From Dimorphilus gyrociliatus (lineage: Eukaryota > Animalia > Annelida), in the NCBI GenBank assembly GCA_904063045.1, contig CAJFCJ010000024.1, positions 62,001-126,000 on the forward strand: 64,000 bases of DNA, read 5' to 3'. Under the pieces are notes generated by a model. It saw only the letters and a list, made by a program, of their open reading frames with translations, did not search any database and was not told the origin of the DNA. This document shows, in pieces, positions 1-13,623 of the stretch. A program made the translations under genes and the position numbers. Position 1 is the first letter of the stretch. Every line of letters begins with the position of its first letter.

Positions 1-321
1 ACTGTATATAAATCTTAATAGGGAAAAATAACAGGTATCAAAAAAAATATAAGAGAGTTATAAAACGCTCATTAAAAAAATGAGCTAAAAGAAATATAAA
101 CCTGCTGTTAGTATTCTATAGCGGCAACTTTGTTCGAACACCTGTTGCATAATTTTTAATCTGTTTTTAAGAAATGGTCACTCTGGAAAAATATAATAAA
201 AAAGACGATGCGGTACAATAGAGTCCGCCGTCTATCTCGTAATCTGCATTTTTCGAAAATTTTTGAGAATTGAAGAACAAATATTTGTTTTATTTTTCTT
301 CTTTACCACTAACATCTTTTC

Positions 322-2707
322 TTAACATGTACATTGTTTTCTCATCTTGATTAACTTAGGATTAATACCGAGCTTGATAGATCTCATCGCCATTGCGCGA
401 TTGAAATGCCTCTGAGTTTTAACAGCGTCGTTCGAATCGTCCAATCCTGAGTCGATTGACGTGAGAATACCACATAGGACGCCCAAAACTAAAAACAAGA
501 TGATAAATAAAGTATAATAAGTAACTGTTGCGTCCGATCCGGCGTTCAATTCTTTTAAATGAGCTTGTGCTGGACCGAAACCTGGATTCAAATCTAAAGC
601 GTGCTTGAGATGTAGGGCAGCCTCGGCATTATGGCCATATGCTTTTAAAATTTCACCCAATGTAAAATGCTGTAACCAAGTATTTTGGTCCTGTGGTGCG
701 GCATCCAAGGATTGCCTAGTCAATTGAATAGCGTCATCTAAGTAGTGTAGATTAAACAAAACTCTGGCAAGATTCAACAGAGCGTCCGAGTGACGAGGAG
801 ACAGAGCTAAAGCTTTGCGAAAGCATTCTATAGCAAGATAAGTATCACCCTTTACCCGCCAAAGATTGCCAATTTGATTATAAATGGATGCGGAATTAGG
901 CTTTTCTTTTATGGATTTTTTCAACTTTCTCTCAATTTCTTCCAAGTTTACTTCTTTGCCAGATTTTTTGCGGAGAATCATCGCAACTTCTGGTTCAGCT
1001 ACATGAGGATGGGAATGACGTCCAGCAACCCCTCTGAGATGATCTACATGAGTAGAATTAACAGCTTTCCCACAGTCTAAAGTTTTCTTTTTTTGCTTTT
1101 TATTCTTCTTACCTTGGCCATTTATTTTTGTACCCTCTCTGAAAAACACAAAGTGAGATAAATATACGTATATAGATATATATTCTCATATTAAATCAAA
1201 AGTCTAACAAAATGGAGACAGTGGTTTAATAATTCGATTTTCATTTGGTCAATACTTCCAATACTGTCATTTAATTGTGTGCAGTCACAGTAAACAAGAA
1301 AGAAAATATTGAATAAACTTTTACTCTTTATGGATAACAATTATCAAAGAGATTTAAAAAAAAGCATTTAAATACATGTAAATTAATACATTCTTCATTA
1401 AGCTTAAACATACTGATTACACTAGTCTTTATTCTAAAAATAATTATTTAAATAAAAATAAATGCTTATACATTAATTATCATAAATATAATCAATAAAA
1501 CACTATTTTTCTGTATTATGCAGTAAAAATGTACAACTTAACCGATTTTTTTCTTTTTAAATCATCACTGCAGAATTATTTAGTAGCTTTTAACCTAGTA
1601 GTTCCTTTTAGAGAAATAGATATTGTCATGTTGATATAGTTGTATCGATTTTTTTAAATACAGGTGTTCTATTTGTTAAATTTGTCAAACTTTCAATTAC
1701 ATTCAAAAAAGTATTGAGAACATTATTGGGTAACAGCAACAATTCATAATATAATTCGTTTCGGATAAAGATTGTTGTCAATAATTCTTAATTAAAATAA
1801 GACTAATAATATATATATTATTAAAACATATCCGATTATGTCTTAATTTTCAATTGCATAACGATATGCAATAATCTAAAATAAAAAATTTTTTTGTCAT
1901 TATTGATTGTTTACGTAATGTAAAGAAAAAACTTTTATCTGGTAAGGATGGGCTATCTTTAATAAAATTATACATACATACATTTCGCAATCTATATATA
2001 TAGTTTTAAAAAAACACTTTATGAACTATGTATTTTGATATTACATTGCTAGGTTTTATTTTCGCTGCAGATGTGTATACTGGGTTTCAGAATTATATGG
2101 TGAATAAACTGAAACGCAGATCTCGTTGTTATACTATCATCTTTAAAGAGTTGCATTAAATTACATATGAAAACATAACATTTCTATTAACCTATAAATT
2201 ATTTTGAATAATATTTACATGAAGAATTTACCGTTAATATAAAGTGGGTTGATCTTATTATTTGAATTGAAAAAAGCCGACTCTGGTTTTGAAATTTTAG
2301 GCGGCAGATGAAGACTGACACTTTTAATTTATCATACAAAAAGAAATAGACAGTCTTTAATATTAACAAGAATAATAGAAAATTATTTACCTTTGTTTAC
2401 TTGAACTAGAACTCTTTTTTTCAGCAGATAAGCTGTAATTGGACTCTTCTGATTGTAAGCAGTTTTCAGCCGAACAGGAACCTTCCTCTACTAATCTCCA
2501 TTCACCCTCGTCGTTCACAATAATCTTACTAGTTAGAATACTCATTATCGGATCGACTTCAGATGAGGGGGATGCTGTTGAATCGACAATTCGATCATCT
2601 TCCAAGTTCAACTTCCAGTGAGTCGATGTTCGCGAATTTGTCTGCAGAACATGGACCGTTATAAAATACAAGGTCATGTAAGTTAAGCAGGGCATATCAA
2701 ATGCCAT
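322..2707 (-). CDS. TTC17-like TPR protein with signal peptide and C-terminal transmembrane helix; first exon 2391-2707, last exon 322-1138, possible extra internal exons
   Basis: Exon 1 has a hydrophobic N-terminus followed by STHWKLNLEDDRIV, resembling the TTC17 THWVVTEDG motif. The last exon has TPR repeats (NQIGNLWRVKGDTYLAIECFRKAL, DALLNLARVL) and a TM segment (TLFIILFLVLGVLCGIL). The phase-2 donor at 2390 is compatible with the phase-2 acceptor at 1139. Confidence 0.7.
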
Positions 2708-3877
2708 TTCTTTTTTCTTAAATTATTCGCAACGTCAACAGAAGAGAGTAGTTAGGTGCTCCTATTCTATTTCTATTTATAAAATATGACGGAAGTTGAG
2801 GTGCGAGACTATAACAGGCGAACATTTCTTTTTTACTACAAAAAATTTTCGATGTATTTTATATTCATGTATATTTTTTTTTAATATTTAATATTTCTCA
2901 GTAAGAATAATTTTTTAAAAGTTTTCTTTAAATTTCCGAAAACATTTAGAGACCTCTATGGGATGAAAATATTATTACAGCAGCCATTTTCGTCGGTCCC
3001 AGTTACATAAATTTTCGTTTGAGGAAATATAGATATATATCGAGTAAGTTCACTCTCTAATGTTCATAATATTTCAGGCAAAGAAACATATATATTTTCC
3101 TCGATATTTTTGTATTTTTAACTGCGATTATAGTCGTATACTTTACGATTCGGCTTTTTGAAGTAGATCAGGTAGGAAAAATTTTGACCTACTTTGACTG
3201 ATGCTATACTCAGATGAACCCCTAAACTTTTTTTTTAATAATTTGACCATTTTATAAGAAATAAGTATTGATCTTGCAATTTTTCCCAAACTTATTACCC
3301 TATTAGTCATTTATTTTAAGGGTAAACATGATATTTAAAATATTTTGCTAAAATTAACAGTTTATTGATTCTTATTGGATTCTTTGTTTGTCGAAGAAAT
3401 TTTGTCAAACGTCTGTGTATAATTTTTTCTTGTGTATTCTCAAAATTATATTTCTAGTTTGCATTGTAATCTAACAGTTGGGCGCGACCTAAATATTTTA
3501 AATATCTCATCGCATTACATAGCTTTCCCTTTGTGCTCTAGAAACAATCTAGCATTACAACTAACACAAACCATGAAGAATGACTAAGAATTCCAGTACT
3601 TCTTTTCTATAAAATATATGAGATAATATACTATTTACTTAGTGTTTTATAGTCCTATAATATTCGCATTGTTTAGTAATTGAAAAATGTTGGTTCATAA
3701 AACAATAAAAGATTAGAGTTTTGGCCATATCTGACATTGATCAAATGTATAAAAAAAGTTTTTTTTTATTCTTCTAAATATCCTTAACACGTACATATTT
3801 AAGTTATTATTCATCCGACCTTCCGTATATTGACATTTTTATACCTGTACCTATCATAGTTTTTTTTTTTTAGCAAA

Positions 3878-6800
3878 ATGGCGGAAGCAGAGGCCCAACA
3901 AATGGAAGAGAAGATGGGTGGAGATGAAACTAAGGAGACTGAGCAATCTCAGGAACCAATGACAATAACAATTGATGACACTGAAATTCCTCAAGAATCA
4001 CCTATGTCTCCCGAACAGGAAGCAGCACCAGTTCGTGAAATTCATATTTTGGAAACACCTTCTGACATTAGAAACAGAAGAGAACAAGTTTTAAACAGAT
4101 ACGAAGCCTTTAAAGATGCAAGCTCTGCTAAAAGACAAAGATTGGAAGATGCCAAACAATTTCTTCTCTTTAAGAACGAAGCCGATGAATTGGAGCTTTG
4201 GATTCAAGATAAGTTAAAGACTGCATCAGATGACAGTTATAAAGATCCAACAAATTTGCAAGCTAAATTACAGAGGCATTCGGCTTTTGAGGATGAAATA
4301 AATGCTCATAAACACACATTGGATGAATTGGATAATGATGGAGGTGCAATGATAAATAATCAGCATTACAAAGCTGAAGATATTCAGAAAATTTTGGATA
4401 ATTTACACAACCTATGGGATGCATTAATGAAGAAATCGGAAGAGAAACGTGGAAAATTAGAAGATGCACTAAAATTACTGCAATTTATGAGAGAATATGA
4501 TGAAGTCATGTATTGGATGAATGATCGGGAAAAGCAATTGACAACTACAGATTTTGGCAGTGATTTAGAGCAAGTTGAAATGCTTCAAAAGAAATTTGAC
4601 GAATTACAAAAAGATTTAAACAATCACGAACCTCGCATTGAAGAGGTTGATAAAAAGGGCAAAGTGCTGATTGATGATGATCACCACGACAAGGAATTAG
4701 TCGCCGAAAAGTTAGCTGCTATGCATGATGCATGGGATGAGCTTAAAGATCTAGCATTGAAAAGACAAGACAAGTTGGGCGGAGCCCATGAAATTCAAAG
4801 ATACAAACACAATGTAGATGAAACTTTAGCTTGGATTGCTGAGAAAGACAATGCGGTAACATCTGATGATTATGGTAGCGATTTACCGACAGTTCAAGCC
4901 TTACAACGTAAACATGAAGTAATTGAAAGAGACTTGGATGCTCTAGATAAAAGGGTTCAACAAGTTAATAGCGAAGCTAATCGTTTGGCTGAAAATCATC
5001 CTGATGATGCTGATGACATCAGAGCCAAGCAAGAAAGAGTTGTTAACAACTGGAATGATTTAAAGGATAAGGCGGACGACAGAAAAAAGAATTTGGAGAA
5101 CGCTTATTTTTTAAATAGATTTTTGTCCGATTTCAGAGAATTAATGTTGTGGATGGGTGATATGACAACCCAGATTACCGCCGATGATTTGGCAAAAGAT
5201 GTTGGTGGAGCAGAAGCTTTACTTGAAAGACATCAGGAACACAAAGGCGAAATGGATGCTCGTGAAGATGCATTTAAGACCACTGCCGCTTCTGGACAGA
5301 AATTGTTGGAGTTGGATAATTACGCAAATGAAGACGATGTTAGAGATAAACTAGTTGAACTGGCCGAATCCAAAACAAAACTAACAAAACTTTGGGAAGA
5401 GAGAAAAGTTTTGTATGAACAGTGCATGGATTTACAATTATACTACAGAGATACTGATCAAACTTCTACATGGCTTGCTAAACAGGAATCTTTCTTACAC
5501 AACAACGATCTGGGAGATTCCTTAGATTCTGTTGAAAGTTTAATTAAGAAACATGAAGATTTTGAAAAAACTCTAGCTGCCCAAGATGACAAAATCAAGG
5601 CTCTTGATGAATTCGCAACAAAGCTCATCGAAAATGAGCATTATGCTAAGGCAGATGTTGATGAAAGACGTCGTCAGCTTTTGGAAAGACGTGATAAGCT
5701 GATTTTCAATTCTAAGACGCGCAGAACAAAGTTAAATGAGTCTCACTGCTATCAAATGTTTGAACGTGATTGCGATGAAATTAATATTTGGATGAGAGAA
5801 AAACTAAAAGTTGCATCTGAACAAAACTATTTGGATCCAACAAATATTCAAGGAAAACTACAAAAGCATTCTAACTTTGAGGCTGAACTTCAAGCTAATA
5901 AACTTAGAATTGATAAAGTAAAAGATGATGGCCAAAAGTTAGTTGATGATGATCATTTTGCCTCTCCTCAAGTTAAAGATAGAATGACTGAAGTTCAAAA
6001 TCTCTGGGATCAACTGATCGAAGTTACTGAGCGTAAAGGGTCGAAACTACAAGAAGCTAATGAACAACAGCAATTTAATAGAACTGTTGAAGATGTGGAG
6101 GTCTGGCTATCAGAGGTTGAAGGACAACTAATGAGTGAAGATTTTGGAAAAGACCTACCAAGTGTACAAAATCTTCAGAAAAAGCATCAAATTCTTGAAT
6201 CCGATATTGGAGCTCATCAAGAAAGAATAGACCAAATTAGAGCTTCCAGTGCCAAGTTTCAAGAACAAGGTCACTTCGATCTTGATAATATTAAAGCTAG
6301 AGAATCCAGTGCCATTGGCCGGTACGAGAAACTCTCCGAACCATTAAACAAACGTGGAAGTAAACTACAAGACGCTCTGCGATTGCAACAGTTCTACAGA
6401 GATTGCGCTGATGAAGAGGAGTGGATAAAAGAAAAACAACCGTTAGCCGCCTCCAAGAATTACGGACGCGATCTGATAGGTGTTCAAAACTTACAAAAAA
6501 AGCATCAAGCTCTCGCTTTGGAATTAAGTGGACATGAATCGAGACTTCAATCAGTACTTAATGAGGGTCGTAAGATGATGGATGAAGAACACTTTGCTAA
6601 AAAAGATATTGCAGAGAGAATCAGAGAATTAGAAAAGCTTTGGGATACTTTGAAAACAAAAGCTGAAGACAGGAACAAAACTTTAGATGACTCCTTCCAA
6701 GCCCAACAGTATATGGCGGAAGCTAATGAAGCTGAAAGCTGGATGAGAGAGAAAGAACCAATTGTCGGATCGAAAGAGTATGGAAGAGATGAAGATGCCG

Positions 6801-9800
6801 CTGAAGCACTGCTCAAGAAGCACGAAGCTCTTATGTCAGATATCGATGCTTATGGCACCGTTATCGAAGGCCTAAGAGAACAAGCTAATGAATGCAAAGA
6901 CACAGCAGTTGTTGTTGATGAACCCAACAAAGAGATGGTTGTAGCAATATACGATTATCAAGAGAAATCACCTCGTGAAGTATCAATGAAAAGAGGAGAT
7001 CAGTTAGTTCTTTTGAATGAAACAAATGACGATTGGTGGAAGGTTGAATTAAACGATCGTCAAGGATTTGTCCCTGCTAGCTATGTCAAGAAAATAGAGC
7101 CATCTTTGGCTGCACAACAGCAAGCTGACGAGTATTCCATACCCTCCCGTCAATCGCAATTGGAGAAGCAGTATGACCAGTTGAAGCAAAATGGTTCTCA
7201 GCGTCGTGACAAATTGCAAATGCACTGCGAAGCTTATGAAACACATAGAAATGCTGCGGAACTTATGCAATGGTTAGACACCAAAAAGAAAGATGTTGAA
7301 GAAAAAGAAATTCAGCCTGATGTTGCTAACCTAGACATGAGCGAAAAAGAACAAATGCAAATCAGTGACATTCAGAAGGAAATGAAAAATAAAGAAGCTC
7401 GCTTATACGAGCTGAACCAAATAAGAGAAAAATTGACGGCTAAAGGAGAAACTGAAGCAGCCGAAAGAATTAGAATTCAAATTGAAGACTTAAATGCCCG
7501 ATGGGCAGGTCTTCAAACTATCACAGCTGAGAGAGCTGAAACGCTCGGAACAACCTACCAAGTTCAAAGATATCACAGAGATGTCAATGAAACCATGGAT
7601 TGGATTAGTGACAAACAGAATGCTGTTGCAGTCGAAAATGTTGGGCATGACTTGGCCAGTGTTCAAAGACTACAAAGAAAACACGAAGGAGTTGAAAGAG
7701 ATCTAGTTGCCTTGGGTGATAAGGTGAAAGAGTTAGATGAAACAGCTAAAACTCTTATGAACTCTCATCCTGATCAAGTTGATGCAATCTACGAACATCA
7801 ACGAGAACTAAATGAGAAATGGAATGAACTTACCGTTAAAGCTGGAGAGAGAAAGAACAAATTAGCCGATTCTTATGACTTACAAAACTTTATGAGCGTT
7901 GGAAACGATTTATTGTCTTGGATAGAGCAGATGATGGTACAAGTCTCCAGTGAAGATCTAGCCAAAGACGTTACAGGAGCTGAAGCTTTGGTAGAAAGAC
8001 ACCAAGAGCATAAAATGGAAATAGATGCAAGAGCACCGTTGTTCCAAAGCTTTGAGGATTTCGGAGCTAAACTAATCGAGAATGAGCATTACGCTAAAGA
8101 AAATGTTGTTGAAAAACTGGATGAGGTAGCCAATGCCAGAAAAGCTCTCGATGACGCATACAAAATTCGTCGGGCTAAATTAGATCAATGCCTCGAGATG
8201 CAGCATTTTATTCGTGACTGTGAACAAGCTGAAACTTGGATGGCAGCTAGAGAATCATCTCTTCATCAAACTGATGAAGAAGGCAGAGATTCTGTTGATA
8301 GCTTGCTGAAGAAACACGATGATTTTGACAGAGCTATTGCAACTCAAGAGGAAAAAATTAATTCTCTCCAGGCTTTTGCTGATGAATTGAAACAGAATGA
8401 CCATTATGATACCAGTGGCATTGAGCAGAGATGTCAAGATGTTTTGGAAAGATGGCAACTTTTAAAGAATGACATGTTGGAATCAAAGTCCAAACTAGGA
8501 GAGGCTCAAAATATGCAACAATTATCAACTGATATTGATCAAATGGAAATGGTTTTGATGGAAAAGCTTCAGGCTGTTCAAGACGAATCATACAAGGAGC
8601 CATCTCATATACCTACACAACACAGAAAACATCAAGCAGTTGTGGCTGAAATCGATGCCAACAAAGACAGACTTCAACAAACCGTTGTCGCTGCTGAAAA
8701 AATGATTGATAAAGGAAAGTGCTCTGGTACCGAAGATCTTATCAGACAGAGAATTACAAAACTGGTTGAAGAATGGAAAGTTTTAACTGAAAAATCTCGA
8801 GTAAAGAGTGAAAAGTTACAAGCTCTTAATCAGCAAAGAATGTACACAGCTGGAGTTAAGGACATAGAATTCTGGTTAGGAGAAGTTGAGCACATGCTGA
8901 AAAATGATGATTATGGTAGAGATCTTGCAACTGTGGAAAATTTGGTTAAGAAACATAAGATGCTTGATGCCGATGTTAATGCACATGAAGACAGAGTAAA
9001 GGATTTGAATGAGCAAGCTAACGTTTTCCTACAATCTGATGAAGTTGACAATCGGGAAGAAATTCAAAATACCATCACCTCTATTAATGATCGATTCCAA
9101 AACGTCAAAGAACTGTGTCAGAATAGAAAGGAAAAATTGGAAGAAGCTTTCACTTTGCACCAATTTCTTAGAGATATTGATGATGAGGAATCATGGATTA
9201 AGGAAAAGAAACTACTTGCTACTCAAAGCGAATATGGGCGCGATCTTACTGGGGTAAGAAACTGGAGAAAGAAGCACAAGCGTTTAGAGGCTGAGTTGAG
9301 TGGACATGAAAAACAAATCAATGAAGTTCATGAGGCGGGTGAAAAACTTATGGAAAAATCGAACCTCATGACTGATGGTATGGAGAAAAGATTGCGAGAA
9401 TTAGATGAGGCTTGGAATGAACTTAAAGAATTGGCTAATGAGAGAGATAGAAAACTGAAAGAAAGCTTAATATTTCAAGAATTGTTGGCTAATATGGAAG
9501 AGGAAGAAGCATGGATTACTGAAAAACAGCATCTCCTGTCAACTGAGGATAAGGATGTTTCGAAAGATGAAGATCGTACAACCTTGGCAGCCGTACAAGG
9601 CTTGTTGAAAAAGCACGAAACCTTCGAAACTGACTCTAAAATCCATAAAGATCGATGCCATGAAATCATTGAAGAAGGAGAAAAGCTGATCAATGATGGT
9701 AATCATAACGCTGAGGCTATCCGCACTAGGTGTGAAAACCTTCAAACGAAAATTGAGCAGTTGGAAAGTACTGCAAAATTAAGAAAGACAAGACTGATAG

Positions 9801-11698
9801 ATGACTCTGCCTATTTACAATTTCTATGGAAAACTGATGTAGTGGAAAGCTGGATAAAAGATAAGGAGACTCAAGTTGGTTCTGAAGATTATGGAAGAGA
9901 TCTGTCTTCCGTACAAACTCTTCTAACCAAACAGGAAACTTTCGATGCAGGTTTGCAAGCTTTCGAGAAGGAGGGAATCCAAACTATTACAACTCTAAAA
10001 GATCAGCTAGTAGAAGCAAATCATACTCAAACAATCTCTATTGAAAAGAGATACGAAGAAGTTATAAAACGTTGGAAACAACTTCTTAGCGATTCTGATG
10101 CTCGAAAGCAAAGATTGCTTAAACTAGCAGAACAATACAAACAAGTTGAAGACTTGTATTTAACTTTCGCAAAGAAATCTTCGGCATTCAGTTCGTGGTT
10201 CGAAAACGCTGAAGAAGATTTAACAGATCCAGTTAGATGTAATAGCATTGAGGAAATAAAAATTCTTCGTCAAGCTCATAAACAATTTAAGGACAGCCTT
10301 TCTGCTGCCGAACGCGACTTTCAAGCTCTGGTGGATCTTGATGGACAAATCAAGTCTTATGGCGTTGGGGCCAATCCTTACACTTGGTTCACTATGCAAG
10401 CAATGGAAGATACTTGGAATAACTTGCAAAAAATCATTAAAGACCGCGACAATGAATTAGAAAAAGAGCAAACTAGGTAAGTTTTGATATTAACTAAAAA
10501 GTACACTTCATAAAGCATGTGTTCTCTATTCCCTAGGCAAATAGAAAATGATGACCTACGTAGAAAATTTGCGGAGGAGGCCAACCAGTTCCACAAATGG
10601 TTGACAGACACAAGGTTATTTTCTATTATTTTCATGACATATTTATACAAAAAAAATAACGTTGGTGGTGATAAATGATCAAGGGACTTTTCATATCGAA
10701 AAATATGTACATTTTTTCAGAACTGAATTACTTTATTGGAAAGGGTTAATATTATTAGTGATGACTAACATATTAACAGTTTTCGTTTTATTTAATTAAA
10801 ATGAAAAAAGGACTGAGAAAATATTCGATACTATTTCAAAACTATTTGAACTATATTTTTTTCTTTAATTAATCAAAGAGCATTGCATGTTGAAAAAATG
10901 TGATGTGCTAGAGTTTTTCATTCTCTTCTCATGATGAAAACTTTATTAATTTGTAAATTCAATTTTAGATCGGCAATGATGGAATGCACCGGAACACTTA
11001 AAGAACAATTGGAAGCTACTAAACAGACGGCTGCTGATGTCAGAGCTCAGAGAAGTCAACTTAAGCGATTGGAAGATCTCGGTCAAATGATGGAGGAACG
11101 ACTCATTTTGGATAATCGTTATACAGAACATTCAACAGTGGGGCTTGCCCAACAATGGGATCAACTAGACCAATTGGGTATGAGAATGCAAAACAACTTA
11201 CACCAACAAATTCAAGCTTGCGACCAACATGGAGTTTCTGAAGATGCTCTACGAGACTGCATGATGTTATTTAAACATTTCGACAAAGACAAGTCTGGAA
11301 AATTGAGTCATCAAGAATTGAAATCGTGTCTTAGAGCGCACGGTTATAACATTAATGTTGCCGAAGAAGGTGAAGTTGATCCTGAGTTTGAAGCTATTCT
11401 AAATAGAGTAGATCCTAACCGTGATGGATATATTTCATTGCAAGGTTTTATTACCTTTATTATTGAACGAGAAACGGAGAATGTTCAATCTGCCGAAGAT
11501 GTTCTTAAGGCCTTTAAAGCTTTAACCTCCTCCGATAAACCTTTCATTACTTCGAAGGAATTATACTCGAATTTAACACACGAGCAAGCTTCATATTGCC
11601 GTCAACATATGAGGCTATACGTCGATCCAAGAACTGGAGAGCCGATTCCCGACCATTACGACTTCGAAGATTTCACTAGAAGTTTATATATTCAATAG
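3878..11698 (+). CDS. SPTAN1: Alpha-spectrin (non-erythroid type); exons 3878-10476, 10537-10614, 10969-11698
   Basis: About 20 spectrin repeats with conserved Trp, a central SH3 domain (ALYDY-like [18 protein letters not shown]...DWWKVE), and C-terminal EF hands. GT-AG junctions restore the sequence EQTR|[11 protein letters not shown]...DTR|SAMME. Confidence 0.97.
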
Positions 11699-13623
11699 TG
11701 CACCTATTTTTTGTTAATGCCCATATCTGATTGGTGGCTTTTGTAGAATGTAGTAGAGGTTTTTTTTAGCTGCTGCTTTTTCTGGATTTCTAGCCTTTAA
11801 TAATATAATGATACGCTTATGAATGATGACAGTACTTGGTGTTATATTTTTTACTTAGTTTAGTCTTTTAAGATTTTCTTTGAAGGTTGTACAAATTCCC
11901 TTTAAAGACACTGACATTTTAGAATGTTGAAGTTTACTGGTATCTAGATAATTGCAAACATATTTTTTATTGAAGCTTTCGAGAACATTACCTAGAGCAA
12001 TCAATGACAAAATTACCTTGGATATGTTTATATTCACTAGGAGAGAAGAATCAAAAGTACTAATTGCATTTCACCTAGATGTAAAATTAACATACTGCAC
12101 TCAGATATTATACTTTCCAATATTATTAAATTATCTTAATCTAAGATACACGTCTGCCTTATTACACTGATATATTTTCTGAATATGTATCGTTTTCTGT
12201 AAAGTATAAATTTAAAATATCTCCTTTTATTCGTGTGTCGTTTTAACTAATTTAAAATCTTTCAACCAATTGCTTTTTATAATTAACCGTATAAACCTTT
12301 TATAATATATCATGATTTTAAAGAACATGTCATCACACTGTGCAAGTCACGGCCACGTGCCTGTGCAATTCAGTTTATACCGAATAAATTGACTTTCTTG
12401 AAGCCTATATGACATTTTTGTAAATAGGTTTATCTTCTGAGAATCAGTTTTATTAGGTTTATAATCTTTTATCAAGTGTTTCCCCTACTTATTTACCTCC
12501 TTGTTATTTTAAACCTACACATTGCATCAGCAATACTGACAGAGTTAATAACTAGTAGGATATAACTAATAAATTTGTATCTGCGTTATTTGCGAAAAAT
12601 AATAAGTTATTACACGGTAGGGATTTTGAAAGTTTAAACTATATTTACGCAATGCTAACAACGAAATCACGATTGAAATAGTGGCATGATTACCTTATAT
12701 TTTTTTGCTGCTTATAATAACCGATTGCAAACAAATAGGCTTTGGAAGAGAAACTTGGAAAAAAATTGGCTTGACGTTTTTTCACCGAAAAAAGAAATCA
12801 ATCGGAAGTACCGTATTACTTTTACAGCTTTTCACCTTGGTAATACAAACTAAGCGAACATTTCTCTTTAAGCACGAAGTGTTATTTATTCTAAAATAGA
12901 AATACCTAGATCAAAAACCGGAAATTATTCACCTAATAAAGTTTACTTAGAATTAGAAAAAACAGAATTCATATAAATTGTTAACTCAATTAAAAGTTTT
13001 CTATTGCTGTTACTTTGACAAACTCACCTAAAATCTAATAACATTTAGGAATAATATTTCATTTCTTACAACTATTTTAAGCCTATCTGTCTCTATTATC
13101 TCTAAGATGACGATATGCTCATATACTTATGTAGTGTGGAGGGTATATTTCTTTGGAAAAGTTGTTAAGTTTGGACGTAATTAAAACGATCAATTAATGG
13201 CTTTTTCCTTTAAATTATTTAATGGAATATACATAAACTGTAATAGAAATTTGACATGGAAATGATTACTTGCACTAATTATAAATTTCTAAAACAATAA
13301 CTGTTATGGGAATCGATAAGAACTGAATAGAGCTAGAATACCAGTTGATTTGTCAAAGAAAACCATTAACTGTCGTAATGCACCGGTCTTCCGCCAACGT
13401 AAAGTGTATGTTAATTATTGGCAAACAAACGGTTATGTTTCATCAATAAACTATTCTAAGAACACTCTGACCATAATTATATAGGTAAAATAAGGTTAAA
13501 ACATTTAAATTAATTAATGCATTTTTAATTTCCGGCTTTAGCATATTTGTATTAATATTAAAATTGCAATCTTTTGTTTCTACTGTTGATTGTACAAAGT
13601 TCAATCTACATCTTTGTCAATTG

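Noticed and set aside
4263-10650. Many minus-strand 60-90 aa ORFs within alpha-spectrin (and similar shadow ORFs within PMCA, PUS7, GTPBP6 and VPS33A)
   Set aside because: Antisense or alternate-frame shadows of a long real CDS, with no motifs or splice support.
13331-13403. Plus-strand exon-like segment RARIPVDLSKKTINCRNAPVFRQRK between spectrin and PUS7
   Set aside because: No start or partner exons could be linked; probably UTR or intergenic.
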